NCBI RefSeq assembly: GCF_000392435.1
Contig: NC_021219.1
Span: 930,001-962,000 of the forward strand
DNA: 32,000 bases
From: Candidatus Saccharimonas aalborgensis
GTDB lineage: Bacteria; Patescibacteriota; Saccharimonadia; Saccharimonadales; Saccharimonadaceae
Direction: 5' to 3'
In this document: in pieces, positions 8,038 to 16,265 of the stretch
Position numbering within the stretch: position 1 is the first letter of the stretch
Layout of the letters: each line of letters begins with the position of its first letter
Notes under the pieces: model-generated
What the model was told of the DNA's origin: nothing
What the model saw: the letters and a program-made list of their open reading frames with translations, nothing else
The model's database searches: none
Translations under genes and position numbers: made by a program

Positions 8038-8660
8038 GATTTTTCTAAACGACCGACGATATCGCTGTGAATAGCCTCGATGGAACGGCTAGCGTCGAGT
8101 AGAGGAATCTCAAACTCTTTGGCGATTTGTCGATACCCTCCTTGGACACGTGTCTGAAAATCCGTTGTTTTTGACTCAAAGGTATCTGGTTTTGCGAGTT
8201 TGCCCCGGCTTGCGATACGTTTTTGACGTGCGGCAATGTCATCAAATGCTAACACAACACTGAAATCGGGCGACATATACTGCTTATCGGTGAACGTTGC
8301 AGTGATAGCCGAAATAATTGACAGATCCATGCCCTCTCCGTAGCCCTGAAATGCCAACGTTGACCAGTAGTTACGGGTGCAAATTACCCATGTGCCGCGT
8401 TTGAGCGCGGGTCGGATGACCGCATGCCATAGCTCGTGGCGATTTGCAGTGAAGAGCAAAGTATTTGTCATAGGAGTTCGCGGCAACGTTGCATCTAAGA
8501 TCACACCCCGAATGGCTTCGGCAACGGGTGAGCCGCCTGGTTCCTTGATATGAATTGTATCTATGCCGCGTGAATGGAGATAGGTGGCAAGTAGATCGGC
8601 CTGCGTCGTTTTACCAGTGCCATCTTGACCTTCGATCACAATGTAACGTCCTGCTTTCAC
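8016..8660 (-). CDS. tmk: Thymidylate kinase (dTMP kinase)
   Basis: IVIEGQDGTGKTTQ P-loop, EPGG motif and a LID-like region. The GTG start overlaps the dcd stop by 1 nt. Confidence 0.9.
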   Translation of the reverse strand: MKAGRYIVIEGQDGTGKTTQADLLATYLHSRGIDTIHIKEPGGSPVAEAIRGVILDATLPRTPMTNTLLFTANRHELWHAVIRPALKRGTWVICTRNYWSTLAFQGYGEGMDLSIISAITATFTDKQYMSPDFSVVLAFDDIAARQKRIASRGKLAKPDTFESKTTDFQTRVQGGYRQIAKEFEIPLLDASRSIEAIHSDIVGRLEKSQLLASS

Positions 8661-9379
8661 TAGTTCACTCCCTTTGGCAGCCCCTTGATGGGAGTGGGCA
8701 TGACACGTGAATCTTTGTAAGCGCGAGGCAGCATATCCTCGGGTTTCCAGTTTGCAATCAGCTCGTCTAGATTGTCGGTGGATTGATATTTCCCACTCAT
8801 CCCCTTTCGCCCATCGGCATAACTTCCAGCGACGGGGCCAGTTTTGATGAACACCAACTGACCCATTCGCTCACCGACCGGTAGCACGACGGCCTCATGT
8901 TTGTTGAGATTGTAGATTTCGAGGGTAATGCGATTGATGTAGCCAGGGTCTACCCAGCCAGCATCAAAACAGACGGCCACGCCGTTTCTTCCCCAGGTAC
9001 TACGGCTACGCACTTCGCAGGCACCACCATGTGCGCGGATGCCGACAAACTCGTGGGTATGTGCAAGGATGCGTTCGCCAGGGCGCAACACGATAATGGG
9101 GTGGTCGAGGGGGATATTTTTGAGCGGTGTATAGCCATACTGCTTGCACCATTCACCGTGTGGCATGGCTTCGAGTGGACCCTTGAAATAGCGAGCAACA
9201 TCATCTTTGTCGAAGGGATTGTAGACTGAAACGCTCTCATCTACTTCTTGTTTGTAAAAATAATGCCCCAAGGTAAAATCAAGGCTGGCCTCACTGACGT
9301 GGTTTTTGTCAAATGGCACGCAGACAATTGTCCCGTCATTGATTGCCTCAAAAATCTCTGTGTTGCTATACACACTCAT
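8660..9379 (-). CDS. dcd: dCTP deaminase family protein (dUTPase superfamily) with a C-terminal extension
   Basis: N-terminal IFEAINDGTIVCVPFDKNHVSEASLDFTLG, then SRSTWGRNGV, DAGWVDPGYINRITLEIYN and GQLVF. The ATG at 9379 has SD AGGGGAG 7 nt upstream. The ORF-track start at 9385 is too close to the SD. Confidence 0.8.
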   Translation of the reverse strand: MSVYSNTEIFEAINDGTIVCVPFDKNHVSEASLDFTLGHYFYKQEVDESVSVYNPFDKDDVARYFKGPLEAMPHGEWCKQYGYTPLKNIPLDHPIIVLRPGERILAHTHEFVGIRAHGGACEVRSRSTWGRNGVAVCFDAGWVDPGYINRITLEIYNLNKHEAVVLPVGERMGQLVFIKTGPVAGSYADGRKGMSGKYQSTDNLDELIANWKPEDMLPRAYKDSRVMPTPIKGLPKGVN

Positions 9380-9420
9380 ACACATACTCCCCTGTCTTTT
9401 ATCTTATTGTAACATGTGTT

Positions 9421-10203
9421 TTAAGGACGACGATCGAGTGGACTGGTGATGGGGTGTGGAACTTCAGCTCCCTCACGAATGCGCTTGATAATGGTGCTCG
9501 TTTTCCAATTATCACCAGTTTGGGGGTTGAGAACGTAGGGATCGATCCCATCGGCGATTAGTACTGGGTTGAGACCGCGATCTCGCGCTTCTTGGACAAC
9601 TGCGGGTTGTTCGTCAAAGACGACCAGTGTATCGAGCAGCCCGTGACGTGCCAAAAACTCTGCGAGGATAAGGGATGATTCGAGGCAGGTTTCTTGATGA
9701 ACCGGATCACCCTCAACGGTGACTAGGTCGATTACAGGAAGAAGTCCAATAGTGCTATCAAAGCTATAGCCTGCGACTCGGTTGGCGCGTGTTTCCCATG
9801 GATAAATCGGACGCGGTACGCCTCCTTTTGTTTCGACACCACCCTTTTTTGCTGCAACTTTGTAGTCAGCGTCGACGGTGACTACAAGTGAAAGTGCGGG
9901 CTGGGCAACTGCAACTGCCAACGTCTCGGCAGTAATAGGATAGTTATGACTATGCAAAAAAGCCCGTGCACCGAGCAGGCGCACATGTCGTAAATACCAT
10001 TCATGATTATCGTGCGGGACATCAAAAGCACCATCAACCAGTGTAATATGGCTATGACGTATCTCGCGAAGGTGTCGAAATGAGGCAAGCACTATTGCAT
10101 CCGTATACTCGGGTTCTGGGTAGAGCAGACGCTCGGGCGCACGCAGGGTCGGCCCAAATACTTCAAATACATCTGGATTTCTATCACCTAACTCATGCGC
10201 CAT
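9421..10203 (-). CDS. Cytidylyltransferase-superfamily (HxGH) nucleotidyltransferase-like protein, paralog 1 (RfaE domain II/TagD-like)
   Basis: 260 aa. DGAFDVPHDNHEWYLRH has Asn in place of the motif Gly. RPIYPWETRANRVAGY resembles the RPI...ER segment of RfaE-II/TagD. About half of the residues match the adjacent paralog. Confidence 0.6.
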   Translation of the reverse strand: MAHELGDRNPDVFEVFGPTLRAPERLLYPEPEYTDAIVLASFRHLREIRHSHITLVDGAFDVPHDNHEWYLRHVRLLGARAFLHSHNYPITAETLAVAVAQPALSLVVTVDADYKVAAKKGGVETKGGVPRPIYPWETRANRVAGYSFDSTIGLLPVIDLVTVEGDPVHQETCLESSLILAEFLARHGLLDTLVVFDEQPAVVQEARDRGLNPVLIADGIDPYVLNPQTGDNWKTSTIIKRIREGAEVPHPITSPLDRRP

Positions 10204-10258
10204 AGCAGTCTCCTCCAGTCACTCTGTCGATAGTGCTATGGTACAGATGATTGATCGT

Positions 10259-11041
10259 TTAATCAAGGGGGCTGGTGATGGGATGTGGTACGGGTTCACC
10301 TTGAGCACGACGAATAAGATCACTACTGCTCCAGGGCCTATCGGTTTGTGGATTGAGCCCAAATGGTATGTCGTCGGGGTTGATGATGATGGGGTTGAGT
10401 CCTGCTTCGGTGGCTTGGGTCAGAGCGGCCGAATGTTCTTTATTGATGACAACATTGTCGAGGAGGTCTCTCTCAGCGAGAAATATAGCGAGAGACACAA
10501 ATGACTCGAGCGCAGTGCCTCGGTGAACGTGGTCGCCCTCTACCGTTACTAGGTCAGTGGTGGGCACATAAAGCCCTGATGCTGGCGCAGTTTCAAACGT
10601 ATAGCCAGCTACCCGATCCGCACGTGCCTGCCATGGATAAATGGGGCGCTGAACACCTCCTTTTTCGGCAAATCCACTCTTTACATGGGCGACTTTATGA
10701 TCTGCGTCGACGGTGATTGCAGTGATAACGTCAGGAGAAATAAGCATATTGCGCACCATATCGGGAGTTGGCTCAATGCTTCGTGCTATGAGTGATGCAG
10801 CGGCGCCAAGGGCTCGCGTATGGCGAACCATCCATTCGTGGCCGTCGTGTGGTACGTCAAAAGCTCCATCCGCAAGGGTGATATTGGTATGATCACTGCG
10901 TCGACGGAGTGAAGAAAAAACAGCCGTAACAGCTTGGTCGGTCTCTTCTGGTCTTGGATAGAGTAAACGATCTGGCGAACGAAGGGTTGCGCCAAATACC
11001 TGAAATACGTCCTGCTTGTCAGGGGTACCACCAAATGCCAT
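10259..11041 (-). CDS. Cytidylyltransferase-superfamily (HxGH) nucleotidyltransferase-like protein, paralog 2
   Basis: 260 aa. DGAFDVPHDGHEWMVRH is a canonical H-x-G-H motif. RPIYPWQARADRVAGY is present. It shares the C-terminal VPHPITSPLD with paralog 1. Confidence 0.65.
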   Translation of the reverse strand: MAFGGTPDKQDVFQVFGATLRSPDRLLYPRPEETDQAVTAVFSSLRRRSDHTNITLADGAFDVPHDGHEWMVRHTRALGAAASLIARSIEPTPDMVRNMLISPDVITAITVDADHKVAHVKSGFAEKGGVQRPIYPWQARADRVAGYTFETAPASGLYVPTTDLVTVEGDHVHRGTALESFVSLAIFLAERDLLDNVVINKEHSAALTQATEAGLNPIIINPDDIPFGLNPQTDRPWSSSDLIRRAQGEPVPHPITSPLD

Positions 11042-11049
11042 AACTACTC

Positions 11050-11514
11050 CTATCGGCTCATCAATATGTGAGGTTTACGTAGGTATAATACCATATCTAT
11101 CCGCTTTTTGTCAAGTTTTAACAGATGAGTATGGAGATGAGGCACGGATTTTGTAATATTGTCCGGCGAGCGAGTATATAGCGAGTACCCATCTGATTCA
11201 TAGGCGCATACGAGATCGATGTATTCGGCACGTTCGTCACGGTTCATCTCGTCCATCGAGAGCAGATGGCGCTTGGGTACAATCATGTATTGTTCTTGTA
11301 CTTTGCACCCCTCCCAGATGTCGTAGCCAAATTGATTATGTGTGAGGCGAAAATGCTCAAATTCTCTGACTACCTGGGGACTTTCTGAGTTGAATCCGCA
11401 AAATGCACAGGAGTTGGATTTGACGGTTTTTTTGTATGCCTGGTAAACGGCCTCGTTTTTTGGTTTGCGCGTCATGGGACCGGCCTGGAGAAATCGTCGT
11501 TTCATTGGCTCCAT
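11050..11514 (-). CDS. HIT (histidine triad) family protein, paralog 1
   Basis: CAFCGF start motif, IVPKRH, and histidine triad VPHLHTHLL. It is the first gene of a tightly spaced minus-strand operon that runs through tmk. Confidence 0.75.
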   Translation of the reverse strand: MEPMKRRFLQAGPMTRKPKNEAVYQAYKKTVKSNSCAFCGFNSESPQVVREFEHFRLTHNQFGYDIWEGCKVQEQYMIVPKRHLLSMDEMNRDERAEYIDLVCAYESDGYSLYTRSPDNITKSVPHLHTHLLKLDKKRIDMVLYLRKPHILMSR

Positions 11515-11545
11515 TGTAGCACTTTTGGTACACTAAAGAGCGACT

Positions 11546-12034
11546 ATGAAAGAACTCATTGTGGCCTACGATCAAAAACGCGGCATTGGTGCCGACGGTG
11601 ATTTGTTGTGGCAGCGTGACTTGCCAGGAGATTTAGCCCATTTCAAACAAATGACGATGGGAAGCTCGCTTGTCATGGGTCGTACTACGTATGAGTCAAT
11701 CGGCCGACCACTGCCTGGAAGAGAGATGATCGTCGTGACACATCGTCCTCTCGATGACGAAGGAATTATTGCGGTTCATAGCCTTGCCGAGGCATATACG
11801 AGGGCTTCTAGGGAGCGAACAGTGGTGATAGGTGGAGGTCAAATCTATGAGCAAGCGCTTCGAGAAGGCAGTATTGAGCGTATCCACGCCACCGAGGTCA
11901 CGGCAACGTTTCCCGGGGCGACGGTGTTTTTCCCAGTACTTGACGCAATGTGGCATGAAACGACTCGCGAGCATCACGGGTCGAACGAACATGACCGCTA
12001 TAGCTACGATTTTGTTACCTACGAGCGACGCTAA
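11546..12034 (+). CDS. folA: Dihydrofolate reductase
   Basis: 162 aa. IVAYDQKRGIGADGDLLW, LVMGRTTYESIGRPLPGR and VIGGGQIYEQAL motifs. Confidence 0.92.
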   Translation: MKELIVAYDQKRGIGADGDLLWQRDLPGDLAHFKQMTMGSSLVMGRTTYESIGRPLPGREMIVVTHRPLDDEGIIAVHSLAEAYTRASRERTVVIGGGQIYEQALREGSIERIHATEVTATFPGATVFFPVLDAMWHETTREHHGSNEHDRYSYDFVTYERR

Positions 12035-13005
12035 ATCGCTACTTGGCCCTTGATTGCAGGATGGTGCTTGTAACCGATAATGGTGAAGTCGTCGGCTTCA
12101 AAATCACTGATATCAGTAACGCGTGGGTTTATTTCTAACCGAGGGGGTTCATAGAGCTCGCCCTCCCTGGCCAGCTGCGCTCGCACCTGCTCCTCATGGT
12201 TTTTGTAGATGTGGGCACTGCCGAAGGTGTGATAGAAATAGCGTGGGGTGCGGCCAGTAACATGCGCCATGGCCGAGAGTAGCATCGCATACTGCACCAT
12301 GTTAAATGGTACGCCCAGAAACCAATCAGCGCTCCTCTGGTATAACTTCATATCCAAATATTTTTTACCCGTCGTTGGGTCGGTTTTATTTGATGCGTTA
12401 AATTGAAATAGCGTATGGCACGGCGGCAATCCGGCTTTGTTCATTTCTTCGAGATTGCCGACATTCCAAGCACTGACGATCAGGCGACGTCCCATACTAC
12501 GGTCGTTGGTGCGCAGTGCTTCTTGCACCTGACGCAATTGGTCGATCGGCTGCCCGTGATAGCCTTCCCAGGCGCGCCACTGATGGCCATAGACCGGCCC
12601 TAGATCGCCATACTTATCAGCAAATGTTTTGTCGGTTAGTATTCGCTTCAAATAGGTGTCTTTCTCTTGTTTCCACTCGTCTGAGCCTTGCTCCGGTACC
12701 TCGATGCCTTCACTGCGTAGATACGACACAAACGGCCACTCGTCCCAGATGTGATTGTCCTGCTCCGCGAGATAGCGGAGGTTGGTATCGCCGCGTAGCA
12801 TCCAAGCTAGTTCACTGCGCACGAGTCGGTGCGCGACAAGCTTTGATGTCAGCAGGGGGAATTCCTCGCGTAAATCGACCCGCATCTGCGGTTCACCGAA
12901 GAGGTCGATGGTGCCGACCCCTGTACGATCATCAGTTGGCTCTCCTTCGTCCAAAATTTTTTTTGCCCAGTGAAGATATTGCAGTTCGGCTCGTGGTTTT
13001 TTCAT
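12031..13005 (-). CDS. thyA: Thymidylate synthase (ThyA, long form)
   Basis: 324 aa. FPLLTSK, RLIVSAWN, LPPCHTLFQF, YQRSADWFLGVPFNMVQYA (Asn retained, implying dUMP specificity) and FGSAHIYKNH. The insert pattern resembles long Lactobacillus-type ThyA. The 3' end overlaps the folA stop by 4 nt. Confidence 0.93.
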   Translation of the reverse strand: MKKPRAELQYLHWAKKILDEGEPTDDRTGVGTIDLFGEPQMRVDLREEFPLLTSKLVAHRLVRSELAWMLRGDTNLRYLAEQDNHIWDEWPFVSYLRSEGIEVPEQGSDEWKQEKDTYLKRILTDKTFADKYGDLGPVYGHQWRAWEGYHGQPIDQLRQVQEALRTNDRSMGRRLIVSAWNVGNLEEMNKAGLPPCHTLFQFNASNKTDPTTGKKYLDMKLYQRSADWFLGVPFNMVQYAMLLSAMAHVTGRTPRYFYHTFGSAHIYKNHEEQVRAQLAREGELYEPPRLEINPRVTDISDFEADDFTIIGYKHHPAIKGQVAI

Positions 13006-13077
13006 TTCTCTCCCCTATTTTTATTCATTATAACAATTGTGAGATGGTCAATCCAGGGCGGCAGGAGCAAAAATTAC

Positions 13078-13105
13078 TTGAAGAACCCCACTATTATTGT
13101 ATAAT
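13078..13105 (+). promoter_or_regulatory. Sigma-70-type promoter for the 13185 gene
   Basis: TTGAAG - 16 nt - TATAAT, with TG immediately upstream of the -10 box. It sits in an AT-rich spacer ahead of a GC-rich ORF. Confidence 0.5.
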
Positions 13106-13184
13106 AGTTTATGTACAAGAGTACGTCAGGTACCCAGAACGGGTGGTAGCCATCACTCGTTATACAATCTGAGGAGGAATTGAG

Positions 13185-13706
13185 GTGGATAGATCACTCC
13201 CCCGCGCCTTCGTGGTCCTCGGCGACGTTGGCCGTGTCCATGGAGATGCGCTCATCACCGCGGTGATGGCGCCTGAACCCTGGAACGGTCTCACGGATGA
13301 GGTCATCTACCGCACGCGCGGTCAAGACTTCCATCGCATCTTGCGACAGCATCTGCGCACGAGCCGATTTGCCGACACCGTGGTGGTCTCGGTCAGACGG
13401 CAAGCTGGATGGTCATGGTCGACGATCGTGTTTGTCGTCGACCAGCGAGACGACCACTCGGGTATGTCGCTCCAGCTCCGCCGCGGACTCGTCACGGCGA
13501 GTGACCATGGTCTGACGCGCGTGGTGGTCCCCGTGATGGGAGCCAACTACTGCGACATGTCGGACTCCTCTCTGGTAGAAGCGCTCGGCGACATCGCCGG
13601 TCCCACCGTCAGAGAGTGCAACGATGCCCGTTCGCGGCTCCGTGAGATCGTCGTCGTGACAGACGACACACGGGTTGCGTTGGAACTTGGGCAATTGTTG
13701 CGCTAA
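13185..13706 (+). CDS. GC-rich hypothetical protein, macro-domain-like (tentative)
   Basis: GTG start 7 nt after GAGGAGG. The order of segments mirrors macro domains: VVLGDVGRVHGDALITAV ... TIVFVVD ... HGLTRVVVPVMGANY ... EIVVVTDD. The glycine-rich loop is not conserved. G+C is clearly above that of its neighbours. Confidence 0.5.
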   Translation: MDRSLPRAFVVLGDVGRVHGDALITAVMAPEPWNGLTDEVIYRTRGQDFHRILRQHLRTSRFADTVVVSVRRQAGWSWSTIVFVVDQRDDHSGMSLQLRRGLVTASDHGLTRVVVPVMGANYCDMSDSSLVEALGDIAGPTVRECNDARSRLREIVVVTDDTRVALELGQLLR

Positions 13707-13725
13707 TCCTTCATACCTATCTAGT

Positions 13726-13786
13726 CCCCGCACCCCCATGTCGAAGGCACTCCGCCTCCGTGAGGTGTGCGGGGTGTTTTCGTTTT
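13726..13786 (+). terminator. Possible terminator after the 13185-13706 gene
   Basis: CCCCGCAC ... GTGCGGGG stem with a long loop of about 33 nt, followed by TGTTTTCGTTTT. Confidence 0.35.
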
Positions 13787-13793
13787 ACTACGC

Positions 13794-14246
13794 TTATTTG
13801 AACCAAAGAACGTGAGGGAGATAGTTGTAGTACAGTGTCTTGATCTTTTTGTTGTCAATCCGAATGAAATGACTATGTTGGTGAGGGACGGACTTGGCGG
13901 CCGAGTTGGCGGGACGCGCATAGACAGCATAGCCTTCGTCTTCCATGCCACTAATGATCTGGACGTACTCAGTGCTTTCTTGAGGAGTTAGTTCGCTGAG
14001 TGATTCAATGTGGCGTTTTGGAGAAAGTAGCAAGTGTTCAGTAACGCGGCATCCATCCCAGAGCGCATACGGAAAGATGTTTTCGACGAGCCAGAAATGA
14101 TCATATTCGCGTCGGGTTTGGGATGACTTGAGTGAAAAATGACAGAAATCACAATGATCGCCGCGTACACCGCGATGACTTACGTAATGACGTTCCATTT
14201 TGCGCGTACGTACGAGTGGTCCGGACTGTAGTTTTGGTCGTACCAT
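13794..14246 (-). CDS. HIT (histidine triad) family protein, paralog 2
   Basis: CDFCHF, LSPKRH and histidine triad VPHQHSHFI. It shares the FPYALWDGCRV / GYDIWEGCKV segment with paralog 1. Confidence 0.75.
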   Translation of the reverse strand: MVRPKLQSGPLVRTRKMERHYVSHRGVRGDHCDFCHFSLKSSQTRREYDHFWLVENIFPYALWDGCRVTEHLLLSPKRHIESLSELTPQESTEYVQIISGMEDEGYAVYARPANSAAKSVPHQHSHFIRIDNKKIKTLYYNYLPHVLWFK

Positions 14247-14272
14247 GAGTCTATAATAGCAAAAAACGTTCC

Positions 14273-15175
14273 TTATCGACTCGTGAGGCGGACTGCCGTA
14301 TAGACGCCGCGGGCTGCGGTATTAGACACTGTATGCCAGCCAGGGAGACGGCTCATATATGAACCCAGGAGAGCATCTCTGCCGAGCGGAATGACTGCGC
14401 GGCGCTCACGAGGATCTTGGGCGATATCATAAATAGCTTCAGCAATAGTTTTTACAGGGGTCCCAAAGTGTGTTCGCCACCACTCATTGACTGCTTGTAC
14501 GGCACGTGCGGTATCGGGATCACTTCCATCGATCCATTCACCGCCATCGATGTCGGTTTGGGTATTACCCGGCTGAACGTCAATAAGACGTATTGAGGGC
14601 GGTAGTTTTGTACGCTGGATTGCCATCGCTTCAGAGAAACGAGCTTTTGCGAGCATATACTCTTTGCGGTACGGGTCGGGAAAATCGGCTTTAGAGGATG
14701 AAATTCCGATGACACACCCACCATTTTCTTGTGCTGACAGTGCGCCAACAGCCTGCGAGACAAAGTGAATGGCGGCTTGCCCATTAACTTCGCGCAGGCG
14801 CTTGACTTGCTGCCTTGCGGTTTCAGTCGGGTAGTCCCGGACATGACGATGATAGTCGGTACCAGCAACAATATGACCGGCGGCGTGAACGACCGCATCG
14901 AGTGGTTGCGGGGCTGCTATTACCTCGCCAAATAGCTCTTTTACCCCGTCTGTATCGCAAATGTCGAGCTGAACCGGCCAAAAGTTCCGCCCCTGTCGTT
15001 CGGGAAACTGTTCCACAATATCGGGGTGATTGTCGACACCGATCACAGCAGTGTTGTATGACTGGAGGAAACGATCTGCGACCGCATGACCGATGCCGCG
15101 ACGTGCACCCGAAATAACGACAAGGTTCCTGTATGACGGATCGATATGCGATATAAGCTCTGAGTTTGCCCCCAT
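14273..15175 (-). CDS. Short-chain dehydrogenase/reductase (SDR) family oxidoreductase
   Basis: VISGARRGIG dinucleotide-binding motif, ISSS followed by the Y-x3-K motif YMLAK. 300 aa. Confidence 0.75.
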   Translation of the reverse strand: MGANSELISHIDPSYRNLVVISGARRGIGHAVADRFLQSYNTAVIGVDNHPDIVEQFPERQGRNFWPVQLDICDTDGVKELFGEVIAAPQPLDAVVHAAGHIVAGTDYHRHVRDYPTETARQQVKRLREVNGQAAIHFVSQAVGALSAQENGGCVIGISSSKADFPDPYRKEYMLAKARFSEAMAIQRTKLPPSIRLIDVQPGNTQTDIDGGEWIDGSDPDTARAVQAVNEWWRTHFGTPVKTIAEAIYDIAQDPRERRAVIPLGRDALLGSYMSRLPGWHTVSNTAARGVYTAVRLTSR

Positions 15176-15195
15176 ACGGACGCACCTATCTATCG

Positions 15196-16194
15196 TTAGT
15201 TTACTTGATTTTCGACTTTGATGCCTGGCCCCATAGTAGTGGCGATGGCAGTTGATTTCACATAGATACCCTTGAGGCTCGATGGTTTTTGGCTCTGTAA
15301 GCTGCCAAAGAACGCTCGGGCGTTTTCCTCGAGTTTGTTGGCGCCAAATGATACCTTGCCAATACTGAGGTGGATTGTTGCTTGTTTGTCGACACGGTAT
15401 TCTACTTTTCCGGCCTTTGCTTCGGTCACTGCCTTTGCAACATCAGCGGCAACCGTGCCGCTCTTTGGATTTGGCATGAGGCCTTTTGGCCCGAGGAGAC
15501 GGGCGTATTTGCCCAGTCGTGGCATATAGGCAGGGGTAGATACGAGAGTATCAAAGGCTATTTCACCCTTATCGAGCTGCTTGAGGAATGTTTCGTCACC
15601 GACGATATCAGCGCCAGCTTTTTTGGCAGCGTCGTGTTCGGCTTCGGGAGCAAACACAGCCACACGCACTGTTTTACCGGTGCCATTTGGCAACGTCACG
15701 GTTGCGCGGATGTTTTGATCGGCCTGGCGAGGATCGACACCGAGGCGGACGTGCACTTCGACGCTGGCATCAAACTTACTTGGGTTGGTCTTGGTGGCAA
15801 GCTCCAATGCTTCGGCTAGGGTGTAAACCTTTGCAACTTCGACGAGTTTGGCGACTGCTTGAAACTTTTTGCCACGGCGTTCGATCAGTGGTCGAACCTT
15901 TGGCGCAGGACCTTTCTTTTCGTGAGCAACTGCATCACCCTGGGCGCTGGTGTCGTGTGCTTCTTTGCGCGCTTCTTTTACGGCTTTTTCTTCAGCCTCT
16001 TCGAGCGCCTTTTCGCTGCGCTTACCAGCTTTGGCAACGTCAGCTTTGCGTTCAGCAACTACTTCTTTATCTGCGGCTGGCTTCTTTGTCTTTGCGTCTG
16101 CGATTAGACTCTCGAGATCAGCGATAGTCGCCTTTGCGGGCACCTCGATCTTTAGTTTTGCTGCTTCTTCAATAAGTTCGGCTTTTTTTGCCAT
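15196..16194 (-). CDS. rplA: 50S ribosomal protein L1 with an N-terminal extension of about 100 aa
   Basis: The core is classic L1: FDASVEVHVRLGVDPRQADQNIRATVTLPNGTGK...LGPKGLMPNPKSGTV...IATTMGPGI. The ATG at 16194 (MAKKAELIEE) has SD AGGAGAT. The ORF-track start at 16242 is less likely. Confidence 0.92.
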   Translation of the reverse strand: MAKKAELIEEAAKLKIEVPAKATIADLESLIADAKTKKPAADKEVVAERKADVAKAGKRSEKALEEAEEKAVKEARKEAHDTSAQGDAVAHEKKGPAPKVRPLIERRGKKFQAVAKLVEVAKVYTLAEALELATKTNPSKFDASVEVHVRLGVDPRQADQNIRATVTLPNGTGKTVRVAVFAPEAEHDAAKKAGADIVGDETFLKQLDKGEIAFDTLVSTPAYMPRLGKYARLLGPKGLMPNPKSGTVAADVAKAVTEAKAGKVEYRVDKQATIHLSIGKVSFGANKLEENARAFFGSLQSQKPSSLKGIYVKSTAIATTMGPGIKVENQVN

Positions 16195-16265
16195 ATCAGT
16201 ATCTCCTGCGGTAGTAGCGGTGATTCGATCACCTCCCGACATTACAGTTGTATGATGCTAGTATA

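Noticed and set aside
12516-13172. 218-aa plus-strand ORF antisense to thyA.
   Set aside because: It lies inside the clearly identified thymidylate synthase gene. The translation is Arg/Ser/Pro-rich. It is a shadow ORF.
15272-16255. Several plus-strand ORFs (85-179 aa) antisense to rplA.
   Set aside because: They lie entirely within the unambiguous L1 gene and have low-complexity, biased translations. They are shadow ORFs.
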